From positions 864,001-928,000 of the forward strand of contig CAWDTA010000002.1 in assembly GCA_963805085.1 (NCBI GenBank): a stretch of 64,000 bases of DNA. The letters run 5' to 3'. The translations under genes and the position numbers were made by a program. Below, in pieces: positions 38,932 through 48,841 of this stretch (within the stretch, counting starts at the first letter, position 1; each line of letters begins with the position of its first letter). This DNA comes from an uncultured Veillonellaceae bacterium (GTDB taxonomy: Bacteria; Bacillota; Negativicutes; JARBTT01). The notes beneath the pieces are model-generated. The model ran no database searches, had not been told where the DNA came from, and saw only the letters and a list, made by a program, of their open reading frames with translations.

Positions 38932-40606
38932 TTTTGTAGAATTAAAAGCGCGTGAACGTGCAAACGCAGTTCTTGATGAGGGTACATTTAGGGAACTACT
39001 TGACCCATTTGAACGTTTCCAATCTCCTCACTTGGAACTTCAAGATATTGTTCCGCAGAGTGATGATGGGGTTGTAATAGGTCGCGGATTAATTGAAGGT
39101 GAACCTGCAGTTGTAATTTCTATGGAAGGTGCGTTTCAAGGTGGCGGTGTTGGTGAAGTTTCAGGAGCCAAAATTGCTGGGGCATTAGAATTAGCAATTA
39201 GCGATAATGAAAAAGGTATACGTACTCGTGCGGTAGTATTGTTTGATACTGGTGGTGTAAGGCTTCAAGAAGCTAATTATGGATTGCTTTCAATTGCTGA
39301 AATTCAGTCGGCAATAGTTGCCTTACGCAATTATGTACCTGTGGTTGGTGTTATCCCTGGGAAAATTGGATGTTTCGGTGGAATGTCTATGACAGCAGGA
39401 TTATTTAGTACTTTAATTATTACTCGCGAAGGCAGATTAACATTAAACGGCCCTGAAGTTATCGAACAAGAGGCTGGAGTGGCTGAATTTGATTCCAAGG
39501 ATAAGCTGCTTATTTGGAAAACTCTTGGTGGTGAACAGCGTCAGGCTATTGGATTAGCTGATGTTCTTGTTGAAGATGATGTTGCTGATATAGTTGAAGC
39601 CGTTAAAGCTGCTTTTAGAAGAGGAAAACCATCCCAACATAAAAGTGAGCAGGTAGATCTTTTTCTTTCTCGTCTTAAGGCAATTGATCCTATACAACCT
39701 TTAAACCCAATGCAGCTTCGTGGAATGTGGGGACAAGATGAATTTACTAAAAAGGTTGTAGCAAAACAAGAAGAGAAGCAATGTAAAAATGAAGTAGTAA
39801 TGAGTAGAGGTCGATTGTGGTTTGAAAAATTAACGGGTATATCAAATCCAAAGACTGGTGATGTTTCATCAGTCTTGTGTGCGGATGCTACATTAGGAGA
39901 TGAGACTGCTCGGTATATTGCGGTAGTACCAAATCCAAATAATCGCTTCCCTCGTGTACGTCATGGAGAAGTAGGCTTAGAAGAAGGCTGGACTATTGCA
40001 AAATATATTCGTGAAGCAATTGCAGAAGATGCTGGGAAGGAAAAGCGTCGTCCGATAATTGCTGTTGTAGACGTACCAAGCCAAGCTTATGGATATAAGG
40101 AAGAATTACTTGGTATATTCCAGTCTTGTGCTGCAGCAGTAGATGCATATGCAACAGCAAGATATGCGGGACATCCGGTGATTTCAATACTTGTTGGGCC
40201 TGCTATATCAGGAGCTTTTTTAGCTCATGGCTATCAAGCTAACAGGATAATTGCCTTGGATGATCAAGGGGTTTTGGTACATGCTATGTCGAAACAGTCA
40301 GCAGCAAGAGTTACGAAACGTAGTGTTGCTGAACTAGAAGAAGCTGCAAAGAAAGTTCCATCAATAGCTTATGATATTCGTTCCTATTCTACACTGGGAA
40401 CTTTACATGAATTATTAAGTGGTATTAATGCAGATGCACCAGTCGGAGCGGATATTGAAACTGTAATGAATAAATTATCTGATGCCATAGAATCGGCTCG
40501 TACTTCACCGCGAGATTTAAGTAATCGTCTTACTTCAGATAATGCACGTACTGGTAGAACGGCTTCAATTAAAGTCCGTAAAAGATTAGCGGAAACATGG
40601 AATTAA
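38912..40606 (+). CDS. mdcD: Biotin-independent malonate decarboxylase, fused beta and gamma subunits (MdcD-MdcE)
   Basis: N-half SPHL..DDG, GGVRLQEAN, GPEVIEQE; C-half RFPRV..GEVGLEEG, VDVPSQAYG, SGAFLAHG. Confidence 0.92.
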   Translation: MNIMKNSFVELKARERANAVLDEGTFRELLDPFERFQSPHLELQDIVPQSDDGVVIGRGLIEGEPAVVISMEGAFQGGGVGEVSGAKIAGALELAISDNEKGIRTRAVVLFDTGGVRLQEANYGLLSIAEIQSAIVALRNYVPVVGVIPGKIGCFGGMSMTAGLFSTLIITREGRLTLNGPEVIEQEAGVAEFDSKDKLLIWKTLGGEQRQAIGLADVLVEDDVADIVEAVKAAFRRGKPSQHKSEQVDLFLSRLKAIDPIQPLNPMQLRGMWGQDEFTKKVVAKQEEKQCKNEVVMSRGRLWFEKLTGISNPKTGDVSSVLCADATLGDETARYIAVVPNPNNRFPRVRHGEVGLEEGWTIAKYIREAIAEDAGKEKRRPIIAVVDVPSQAYGYKEELLGIFQSCAAAVDAYATARYAGHPVISILVGPAISGAFLAHGYQANRIIALDDQGVLVHAMSKQSAARVTKRSVAELEEAAKKVPSIAYDIRSYSTLGTLHELLSGINADAPVGADIETVMNKLSDAIESARTSPRDLSNRLTSDNARTGRTASIKVRKRLAETWN

Positions 40607-41238
40607 ATCCACATGATTTATTGATACTAAGAGATTTTGATGATCTTATGGGAATTTCGACGAGGCCTCAATGGGTTGACGAAGTGCTGGAGCAGTCACC
40701 GCTTGTAGTGGTGAGGCGTTCACCATTTAAAAATGATAGAGTGCCAGTAGGCGTACGTGGAAAAACTAGAGATCAGCGTTTTGCTGCAACGATATTATCT
40801 AACAATATTGCTAAGCAAATTACTCCAGAAGAATTTACAGCTAATAAAGTGTGGAGAACTAATAAGCATATTCGTGAAACAGAAATGTTTTCTGCGATTG
40901 AACTTGTAGACAATATTTTAGCTGCCAGTGGTCTCGATTGGGGACCAACTGGCAGCCTAGGATTTGAACTTGCTAGTGGCATGCCTACTATTACGAATAC
41001 AAGTGATTTAGATATTGTAGTTAGGGTTCCTAATTTTCTATCGACTAAGATTGCACAGCAAATAGTTGAAAGGATTACCAAAGTTTCGGTTAAAGTAGAT
41101 ATACAACTTGAAACACCAAATGGAGCGGTAGCTTTATTTGAATATGCACGAGATAATAGTAAGGTATTGCTCAGAACTATGAATGGACCCTGTCTTGTTA
41201 CGGATCCGTGGACTCAGGAGAAAAAGTTGGAGGGATAA
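40597..41238 (+). CDS. mdcG: Malonate decarboxylase holo-ACP synthase
   Basis: PHDLL, VVVRR, VGVRG, GPTGSLGFELASG..SDLD, D.QLETP.G. Confidence 0.93.
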   Translation: MELNPHDLLILRDFDDLMGISTRPQWVDEVLEQSPLVVVRRSPFKNDRVPVGVRGKTRDQRFAATILSNNIAKQITPEEFTANKVWRTNKHIRETEMFSAIELVDNILAASGLDWGPTGSLGFELASGMPTITNTSDLDIVVRVPNFLSTKIAQQIVERITKVSVKVDIQLETPNGAVALFEYARDNSKVLLRTMNGPCLVTDPWTQEKKLEG

Positions 41239-41239
41239 T

Positions 41240-42166
41240 ATGAATGTAGCATTTCTATTTCCAGGTCAAGGTTCACAACAACCTAACATGCTCCATGAGT
41301 TGCCAAAGCATCCTGCTATTACAGCAACGCTAGAAGAAGCTAGTAGTGTACTCTGCGAAGATGTACTTTCATTAGATACAGAAGCTGCACTTTCATCAAC
41401 CTATGCGGTTCAGCTTGCTTTACTTGTTTCGGGAGTAGCTATGGCTCGTGCATTAAAAGCTCAAGGAGCTAGTCCAGATATAGTTGCGGGTCACTCAGTT
41501 GGATCCTTTGCAGCAGCTGTTGTGGCTGGGGCTTTAGACTTTTCAGATGCATTGACATTGGTTCAGTTAAGAGGAACACTAATGGAAAATGCGTATCCAG
41601 CTGGTTATGGTATGGCTGCTGTAGTTGGATTAGATGAAAGGCGTATAACAGCATTGGTAGAACAGGTAAGTTCACTTGGTGTGCCAATCTTTATTGCAAA
41701 CTTGAATGCGCCTGATCAAATCACAATTGCCGGTAGCTTATCAGCAATAGAACAAGTGTTTATTTTAGCACGTTCTGCAGGAGCTCATAAGACGCAATTG
41801 CTCAAAGTCAGTGTACCTTCACATTGTAAACTGCTTGATTCGATTTCTGATGAATTAGCAAAGAAAATTTCTAGGGTTAAATTGAGTCCGCCACATATAC
41901 CGTATGTGGGAAATTGCAGGGCAAGAGCACTTAGATCGGCTGAAGAAATTAGAGATGATCTTTCCATGGGAGTAGCAAAACCGGTTCGTTGGCATGATAC
42001 TACGACATTAATTTTTGAGCTAGGCGTAAGACTGTTTGTAGAGGTTGGACCAGGACAAGTACTTACTAATATGGCTAAAAAAGCATTCCCTGTTGCTCGT
42101 TCTATATCTACAGTGGATAGTAAAATTGAATCTACAATTATTTTAGTAAATCGTGAAAAAGAGTAA
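41240..42166 (+). CDS. mdcH: Malonyl-CoA:ACP transacylase (epsilon subunit)
   Basis: FLFPGQGSQ, GHSVG, VSVPSHC, EVGPG. Confidence 0.92.
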   Translation: MNVAFLFPGQGSQQPNMLHELPKHPAITATLEEASSVLCEDVLSLDTEAALSSTYAVQLALLVSGVAMARALKAQGASPDIVAGHSVGSFAAAVVAGALDFSDALTLVQLRGTLMENAYPAGYGMAAVVGLDERRITALVEQVSSLGVPIFIANLNAPDQITIAGSLSAIEQVFILARSAGAHKTQLLKVSVPSHCKLLDSISDELAKKISRVKLSPPHIPYVGNCRARALRSAEEIRDDLSMGVAKPVRWHDTTTLIFELGVRLFVEVGPGQVLTNMAKKAFPVARSISTVDSKIESTIILVNREKE

Positions 42167-42272
42167 TATAGTTAGTTTTAATCAATTTATTGAAAAGTAT
42201 AATGAACGTTATTATTTAGGAATCGATAAGCAATATATTTGATAATTGGCTCTATATAAGGAGATGAAATCA

Positions 42273-43400
42273 ATGCTAAAGAATATTGTTCAATTTGATG
42301 ATGGCGTGAAAGCGGCATTACTTCAAAAAACTTCAGAACCTGATATAATGAAAGTTTTTGCAGTTTTAGCTGTTATGTGGCAGGGAATTTTGGGCTTAAT
42401 GATGAAACAATCGTTTGACATAAGTCAAAATGTAGAAATGATTATTATATCTGATTTTGTAAAGTATTCTGCGCCATTCTTTATTTTTGCTATCTGTTTT
42501 GACATATGTAAAATAAAAAATGTATCTTATAAGAAACAGATACTACATAAAGCTGAAGAACTATTACTACCGTATTTTTGTTGGGCAACAGTTTATATAT
42601 GCAGTAATATCTCAACTTATCAAACCATTGAAGATTTTGCAGAGGGATATTTGCTAGGTACTAATGCTCCACATACATGGTATCTAATTATGATGTTTCA
42701 ATTTCATATACTAGTACCAGTTCTTTGGTATCTATATGCTAAACTTACAGCCAATAAAAAGAGGGTTACTCCTGTTTTAGTTATTTCTTTTGTATTATAT
42801 TTAGTATTTCTATTTGTCTATGATAATTATATATTTAATGTAACAACAAATAAGGCGCTTCTTTATTTGGATCGCTCATTTATTGCATTCAGTATTTATG
42901 CTGTACTTGGTACGGTTGCTGCAGCAAATTATGAAGAATGGAATAGTTTTGTTTCGAAAGTAAAGCTAATTGCTATACCGTTGTTTTTCCTAATATTTAT
43001 TGTAGCCAATAACGAAATGTTTGCTAATGGTTTTAATAATCTTAGCCTAGCAAATTGTATTTATTTAAAACCATCTATACTTTTTTATAATATTTTTGCG
43101 ATTATAATAGTATATGGACTTGCAGGGGCATTAATAAAAACAAACTCTCGCTCATTACCTGTATTTAGATTTTTATCACAATATGCTTTCAGAGCGTATT
43201 TAGCAAATTTCTTTGTAATAACTACATTAATAAAAGTTATGGGGAAATCAGGTGAGCAAATGCCCTTAAATTTACGTTTACTTTTATTATGGATAATAAC
43301 TGCAGTTTTTGCATTCACTATAGTATATACAATAGAGTTTGTTATTAAAAGTGTAAAAAAAATGTTTAGTAAAGAGATTAACCAAGAAGTTGAAGCTTAA
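42273..43400 (+). CDS. Membrane acyltransferase family 3 (IcaC/OafA-like)
   Basis: D.MKVFA..AV, APFFIF, LLPYFCW, G..APHTWY..MMFQF; about 10 TM. Confidence 0.82.
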   Translation: MLKNIVQFDDGVKAALLQKTSEPDIMKVFAVLAVMWQGILGLMMKQSFDISQNVEMIIISDFVKYSAPFFIFAICFDICKIKNVSYKKQILHKAEELLLPYFCWATVYICSNISTYQTIEDFAEGYLLGTNAPHTWYLIMMFQFHILVPVLWYLYAKLTANKKRVTPVLVISFVLYLVFLFVYDNYIFNVTTNKALLYLDRSFIAFSIYAVLGTVAAANYEEWNSFVSKVKLIAIPLFFLIFIVANNEMFANGFNNLSLANCIYLKPSILFYNIFAIIIVYGLAGALIKTNSRSLPVFRFLSQYAFRAYLANFFVITTLIKVMGKSGEQMPLNLRLLLLWIITAVFAFTIVYTIEFVIKSVKKMFSKEINQEVEA

Positions 43401-43468
43401 CTAATCTGTTTTATGGAAAGAATCAATACCAGTGATATAAAAATAAAATAGAATCACATATTCAATAG

Positions 43469-43510
43469 AAAACAGAAGTTAACAGAATTTTTTCGGTGAC
43501 TTCTGTTTTT
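43469..43510 (+). terminator. Terminator after the mdc/acyltransferase cluster
   Basis: aaaacagaagt...acttctgttttt. Confidence 0.7.
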
Positions 43511-43597
43511 ATGTATATTAATGATGTCGTGTAAAAAAACAAATACGAAGGTTTGCCCTATTAATGGATATAAGAGAAAAAATTTCATTTTATTTTC

Positions 43598-43641
43598 AGA
43601 TAATGATTGTATAATAAAAAAATAGATAATAGTAATTATCA
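43598..43641. promoter_or_regulatory. Fur-box-like sites
   Basis: TAATAGT-A-ATTATCA (43627-41; 12/14 to TGATAAT-N-ATTATCA) and AGATAATGATTGTAT (43598-612). Confidence 0.45.
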
Positions 43642-43736
43642 GTTAGGTGCAGCTTTAAATTCAATATTTATTTGTGGCGAGATAACGAGGTAAAGATAAT
43701 TACGAAGCAATAAGTTTATATGTAGGGGGTAAAAGG

Positions 43737-44267
43737 ATGCAATCAAAATTAAATTCAGTTAAATGGGGATTTGTACTTGCTATTTCTACTATTTTATTAG
43801 GTTTTATTTTAGGTGCTGTTATGGGCGGGGCTGAGGAGCAAATCAAAGCATTTTGGAGTGCATCAGCACAGCCTGTTTTAGCAAAGGTTTATAACAATGA
43901 TCCGCAAAAGATTGCGGCAATAGTGGAACGTTCGTGGAAGATGCTGCAAAGAGCACATATGCATGCGGCGGCAATTGGGGCAGCAAGCCTTGCCTTGATG
44001 TACCTATTGGCTTGCTTGAATGTAGCAACATTATACAAGAAATGGATTTCGATACTCTTAGGCATAGGGTCTTTGGGATATTCTTTGTCTTGGTTATATA
44101 CAGCCTTTGCTGCACCAATTATCGGCAATATTCCTGCCACGAAAGCCTCTATTCATATTCTGGCGGCTGGGTCCATTGGGATGTTGCTAGTTGGGACAAC
44201 GGCAATATTGGTTTTCAGTATCAAAGCATTGCTTTCCAATGAATCGGAACATACTGATAAAAATTAA
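43737..44267 (+). CDS. Hypothetical membrane protein with an RAHMH motif
   Basis: GGGGG RBS; four hydrophobic segments; followed by a terminator. Confidence 0.75.
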   Translation: MQSKLNSVKWGFVLAISTILLGFILGAVMGGAEEQIKAFWSASAQPVLAKVYNNDPQKIAAIVERSWKMLQRAHMHAAAIGAASLALMYLLACLNVATLYKKWISILLGIGSLGYSLSWLYTAFAAPIIGNIPATKASIHILAAGSIGMLLVGTTAILVFSIKALLSNESEHTDKN

Positions 44268-44280
44268 ATGTATGATAACA

Positions 44281-44309
44281 AAAACCTCTGTCGGTGACAG
44301 AGGTTTTTT
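44281..44309 (+). terminator. Intrinsic terminator
   Basis: aaaacctctgtc / gacagaggtttt. Confidence 0.8.
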
Positions 44310-44456
44310 ATACGAAGCTGAAATTTAGGCCGAAATCAATACATTAAATTTACAATGAGTATTAATTAATAACATTAACTAAGATAGTATTGCTTTAAAA
44401 AGATGAGGGACATATAATGAAGATAAATAGTCGGATTTATAAGGAGAGATGACATA

Positions 44457-44942
44457 ATGGACGTCTTTGATTTCGCATTGCAGATGGAACTTGAGGGTGA
44501 AGAATATTATCGGGGTATGGCTGAAAAGGTACAATATGATGAATTGAAAAAAGTATTATTGGCTTTGGCAGATGATGAGCATCGGCACTATAAAATTATA
44601 AAACAGGCCAAAGATCAAGTTTTTCAACAAATAGAGGAAGAACCTTTCTTAGAAAAAGTAAAAAATGTTTTTTCAGACAATAAAGACGCTGAAATCATTA
44701 CTCAACTAAGAAGTGAACAAATTGATGTATATAGATTGGCTTTAGTAAAAGAAAAAGAAAGTGTAGCACTTTATAAAAAGTTACAAGCAGAATCCGAGAA
44801 AGAAACTGTTAAGAATATTTTTAACCAGCTTATGCAGGAAGAAGAACGCCATGCGGAACAGCTTGAACATATTATTGATATGTTAAACAATGTCAATGAT
44901 TGGGTGGAATCTGCAGAGTTTAATCATAAAGATATTTATTAA
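44457..44942 (+). CDS. Ferritin-like / rubrerythrin diiron domain protein
   Basis: A.QME..G..YY, LADDEHRH, EKES..LY, EEERH (two ExxH motifs). Confidence 0.9.
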   Translation: MDVFDFALQMELEGEEYYRGMAEKVQYDELKKVLLALADDEHRHYKIIKQAKDQVFQQIEEEPFLEKVKNVFSDNKDAEIITQLRSEQIDVYRLALVKEKESVALYKKLQAESEKETVKNIFNQLMQEEERHAEQLEHIIDMLNNVNDWVESAEFNHKDIY

Positions 44943-45015
44943 GGATTGAATTGGTTATGAAAGATTAAACGAAGAACGGTTAGTGAAAAACTAAAATGAA
45001 GACAGGCAATGCTAT

Positions 45016-45076
45016 AAAAAGTAATGGTGTCTATCCTTTGGCTACATGGCTGAAGGATAGACACCATTACTTTTTT
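45016..45076 (+). terminator. Terminator hairpin containing left copy of a ~33-bp direct repeat
   Basis: aaaaagtaatggtgtctatcctt...aaggatagacaccattacttttt; the core recurs at 49874. Confidence 0.75.
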
Positions 45077-45150
45077 ATTCTTATATGTATTTGGCAGTTG
45101 GAATAATACGATGAAAGATATAGTGCTTTCTCATTTGTTATAAAAATAAT

Positions 45151-45190
45151 TTACCTTTTCATAACACAGATGTAACACAGACGTAACAAA
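45151..45190 (+). promoter_or_regulatory. Pho-box-like 11-bp tandem repeats (OmpR/PhoP family site)
   Basis: ttac / taacac / taacac / taacaa at 45151, 45162, 45173, 45184 in place of a -35; TG-TAAGAT -10 downstream. Confidence 0.6.
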
Positions 45191-45225
45191 TAGTATCTTT
45201 GCTTTTGTTAAGATGGAAATAAAGT

Positions 45226-46020
45226 ATGAAAGAAGGGGCGGAGCTGAAACAAATTTATTTCTCATCAACCCTTATGTGGAACGCATCTGTACAAGAAATA
45301 TTTTCTATGGCGAAATTTTACGAGGTTGGTGGAGTTGAACTTTGGGGAGAGCAGGCTGAGTTTTTTCGCTACAATACTCGCGAGATTCGTCACATGTCAC
45401 ATAAATATGATATACAAATTATCGTTCATAGCAAAAGCTGGGACTTAAATTTTGCTTCTATAAATAAGCAGGTTCGAAATGCATCTTTACGATCAATAAA
45501 AAGATCAATTGATTTTGCAAAATTGCTAGGTGCTTCTGAGGTAACGATTCATCCACCACGGCGCACGCTGTTGATTGATGAGCCATTTTATATAAAGAAA
45601 ACGCAAACTGGTTTGGAAAAACTTTTTGAATATAGTATGAAACAAGAAGTTAATCTTTCATTAGAAATTATGGAGAAATTGCCAAAAGAAATTATCACTA
45701 CACCTGAAAAACTAAAAACAATCTTAGGCTCCTTGTATAAATCTTTCGCGTACACTGTAGATACGGCACATTGTACTGACCCAAAAGAGATTTTTTCAAT
45801 CTTGGGAAATATAGATTCTGTGTCGAAGCTTCACATCAGTAATAAAAAAGGTAAGGTGCTCCATAAACCTTTATATGATGGTGATCTTGATTTTCAACAA
45901 ATATTACCGCGCTTGGAAGGATATAATTTACCGCTTGTTATTGAAGGATTGGAAGCGGGAAACTCATATCAAGTTCTGAAGAATAATATGAATTTTGTAC
46001 AGACTGTTCTAAAAAAGTAG
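45226..46020 (+). CDS. Sugar phosphate isomerase/epimerase (AP endonuclease 2 TIM barrel) family protein
   Basis: GVELW, H..SWDLNFAS.N..VR, TIHP, EIME, DTAH, HISN..H, IEG metal ligands. Confidence 0.85.
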   Translation: MKEGAELKQIYFSSTLMWNASVQEIFSMAKFYEVGGVELWGEQAEFFRYNTREIRHMSHKYDIQIIVHSKSWDLNFASINKQVRNASLRSIKRSIDFAKLLGASEVTIHPPRRTLLIDEPFYIKKTQTGLEKLFEYSMKQEVNLSLEIMEKLPKEIITTPEKLKTILGSLYKSFAYTVDTAHCTDPKEIFSILGNIDSVSKLHISNKKGKVLHKPLYDGDLDFQQILPRLEGYNLPLVIEGLEAGNSYQVLKNNMNFVQTVLKK

Positions 46021-46056
46021 CATTGTAATTAAGCGTGTAGAGGAGATAAAAAGTGA

Positions 46057-47082
46057 ATGAACTTTTTTAAAAAACGAATTTTAACTGGTATTTTCACTTT
46101 CTGTGCGGCCGTTGCTTTTTTAACGGGCTGCAGTAGTGAAAAAGTAACGGGAAATGCTTCAGGTAAGTTAAGTGGTAGTATAACAATCTATACATCACAG
46201 CCCGAACAGGATATTCAAAAACTTATTGAAAAATTTAATGAACAACAGCCAGATATCAAAGTGAATGTATTTAGAAGTGGGACTGAGGAAGTCATTAGTA
46301 AAGTATTAGCAGAAAAAGAAACCGGAAACATACAGGCAGATGTGTTACTAGTAGCCGATGCCGCGACTTTTCAAAGTCTCAAGGAAAAAGAATTGCTCAT
46401 GAGTTATAAATCACCTGAACTTAAAGGGATTAATAAAGATTTTTATGATGGTGATCATACCTATACAGGTACAAAAATTATATCAACAGGAATCATCTAT
46501 AATAAAAATCTTATCAAAGCAGCACCAACTTCGTATAAAGATTTAATAAAAGTAGAGTTTAAGAATAATGTTATTATGCCAAGTCCGCTATATTCCGGTG
46601 CTGCCGCGTACAATTTGAGCGTGCTTACACGTACGAATGACATTGGCTGGAAATATTACCAAGCGTTGAAAGACAATGGCGCTAAAGTAGATAAAGGAAA
46701 CGGTACAGTACAAAAAGCTGTTGTCGATGGGCAGGTAGGCATTGGTATTCTTGTTGATTATATGGCACTCAGAAGTAAAGAAAAAGGCGCACCAGTTGAA
46801 TTCGTTTATCCAAGCGAAGGATCGTTAATTGTGACAGAACCAGTTGGAATTTTGAAAGCTACGACGCATGCGCCACTTGCCAAAGCTTTTGTCGACTTTA
46901 TTTTATCAGAAGCCGGACAAAAGGTAACTGCTGAAATTGGCTATACGCCGATTAAATCTGGAGTACAGCCACCAGAAGGATTTAAATCTGTCGATGAAAT
47001 CAAAAATATGACATATGATTTGGCGACTATTGTTAAGGCGCGTCAGGAAGACAAACAAAAATTCAGTAACATTTTTAATTAA
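46057..47082 (+). CDS. ABC transporter substrate-binding lipoprotein (AfuA/FbpA-like)
   Basis: Lipobox FLTGC; IYTS, RSGT, ADV, SPLYSG, VYPSEG. Confidence 0.9.
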   Translation: MNFFKKRILTGIFTFCAAVAFLTGCSSEKVTGNASGKLSGSITIYTSQPEQDIQKLIEKFNEQQPDIKVNVFRSGTEEVISKVLAEKETGNIQADVLLVADAATFQSLKEKELLMSYKSPELKGINKDFYDGDHTYTGTKIISTGIIYNKNLIKAAPTSYKDLIKVEFKNNVIMPSPLYSGAAAYNLSVLTRTNDIGWKYYQALKDNGAKVDKGNGTVQKAVVDGQVGIGILVDYMALRSKEKGAPVEFVYPSEGSLIVTEPVGILKATTHAPLAKAFVDFILSEAGQKVTAEIGYTPIKSGVQPPEGFKSVDEIKNMTYDLATIVKARQEDKQKFSNIFN

Positions 47083-47140
47083 AATGTAAAAATCATTTAA
47101 AGGCTGTGGGCTATCCACAGTCTTTTTACAGGAGTTTAGT

Positions 47141-48784
47141 ATGTTTAAAAATTTAAGCGCCAACATAGTAAAATTGCTCATGTATTTTGCCATATTTTTT
47201 GTTTTTCTGATGCCTCTTATCAAATTATGTTTCATGAGCTTAAACGAAACCGATGGTATTGGTCTGGAAACCTTTAATCTTTTACTGAATGAGTCTCGTA
47301 CTCGTATGGCGATATACAATACTATTTTTATTGCTGTTTTTTCCACTGTGATTGCACTTTTTTTTGGTGGTATATTTGCTTTTTTAACGGCCTATACCAA
47401 TATACAAAAAAAGCGTCTTATCGAGCTCATGGTGCTGGCTCCATTTATTATTCCATCATATATTATCGCTCTTTCTTGGAGCAGTTTGCTTGATAACAGA
47501 GGAGTTATTCAACAGATCCTTGCATTGCTTTATCTTCCTACCGTCAATATATACAGTATTAGTGGCATTGTCTTCGTCATGGGGCTTTGTCATATGCCAA
47601 TTGTTTATTTGTCAGTCATTAGCACATTACGTAAAATTCCGCAAGATTTGGAATGGGCATCGCGAACGTCTGGTTACACTACTTGGCAGACTCTTTTAAA
47701 AATTAATTTGCCACTTGCACTGCCAGCGATTATTAGTGGTGGAATCCTCGCGTTTCTAGCAGCCATTGACAATTTTGCAATTCCAGCTTTTTTAGGAATT
47801 TCAGCGAATATCCCTGTTCTTAGTACCTATATTTATGAAAAAGTAATCAGTTTTGGACCGAGTTCATTTAGTTTGGCTGCCGGATTGTCGGTGATATTAT
47901 CACTTATCGCAATTATTGGTATAGTTTTACAGAATAATTTTATTAAACGAAGCTCTAGTAAAGAAAGTATGCGTGAAGATTTTTCTATACGAATTTTTCT
48001 AAGCTTGTCGTTGCGCCGAAAAATACAATGGGGATGCATTGTTTTTTTGGGTATTATAGATATTGTTCCATTAATTACGATGTTATTGACAGCTTTTCAA
48101 ACAAACTATGGTATGGAACTGACAATAGAGAATATGTCTGTTCATAATTTTACTTTTTTAATAAGAAATCATGGTGTGCATCAAGCGGTATATAATAGTA
48201 TGCTATTAGCGGTGTTCACTTGTATTATCTGTATAGTCATCGGGACAGTCTGTGCTTATGCTAAAGTACGCTATCATAATCGCGCCGCTGTGGTTTTAGA
48301 ATATGCTGCTTCCTTAACGTATGCGATTCCGGGAATTGTAATCGCGTTAGCAATGATTTTTCATTGGGGGAAAATACCACATATCTATGGGACAGTCAGT
48401 ATTCTTATTTTGGCCTATAGTACAAGATATTTAATCTTTCAGATAAAAAATAGCACAATAGCGATTTTGTCGATTCATCCTTCCTTGGAAGAAGCTGGGA
48501 AAATAGCTGGCAGTAGCCAGCTGCGAATATGGAAAACGATAGTACTTCCTTTGCTCTTGCAACCAATTCTAACGGGATCTTTTCTAATTTTTATCTCAGT
48601 ATTAACAGAATTGAGTCTTTCCTCTCTGCTTGCTACTGCTAGTACAAAAACGATAGGCCTTTTCATATTCAATCTTGAGCAAGGCGGAGACTATAATTTG
48701 TCTTCGGCAATGTCAGTGTGTATAGTCCTTATTGTTTTGCTAGTTTATGGTGTAGCTGAGTATTTCAATCGTCAAAAAGATTGA
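47141..48784 (+). CDS. ABC transporter permease (AfuB/FbpB-like, duplicated EAA motif)
   Basis: LEWASRTSG and LEEAGKIAGS loops; about 12 TM. Confidence 0.9.
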   Translation: MFKNLSANIVKLLMYFAIFFVFLMPLIKLCFMSLNETDGIGLETFNLLLNESRTRMAIYNTIFIAVFSTVIALFFGGIFAFLTAYTNIQKKRLIELMVLAPFIIPSYIIALSWSSLLDNRGVIQQILALLYLPTVNIYSISGIVFVMGLCHMPIVYLSVISTLRKIPQDLEWASRTSGYTTWQTLLKINLPLALPAIISGGILAFLAAIDNFAIPAFLGISANIPVLSTYIYEKVISFGPSSFSLAAGLSVILSLIAIIGIVLQNNFIKRSSSKESMREDFSIRIFLSLSLRRKIQWGCIVFLGIIDIVPLITMLLTAFQTNYGMELTIENMSVHNFTFLIRNHGVHQAVYNSMLLAVFTCIICIVIGTVCAYAKVRYHNRAAVVLEYAASLTYAIPGIVIALAMIFHWGKIPHIYGTVSILILAYSTRYLIFQIKNSTIAILSIHPSLEEAGKIAGSSQLRIWKTIVLPLLLQPILTGSFLIFISVLTELSLSSLLATASTKTIGLFIFNLEQGGDYNLSSAMSVCIVLIVLLVYGVAEYFNRQKD

Positions 48785-48841
48785 AAGAACAAGTACAAAT
48801 GCGATTACGATCAATTTAACAGGAGGTAAAGAACAACGATT

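Noticed and set aside
47103-47125. DnaA-box-like ctatccaca
   Set aside because: Single mismatched box forming one arm of the hairpin after the binding-protein gene
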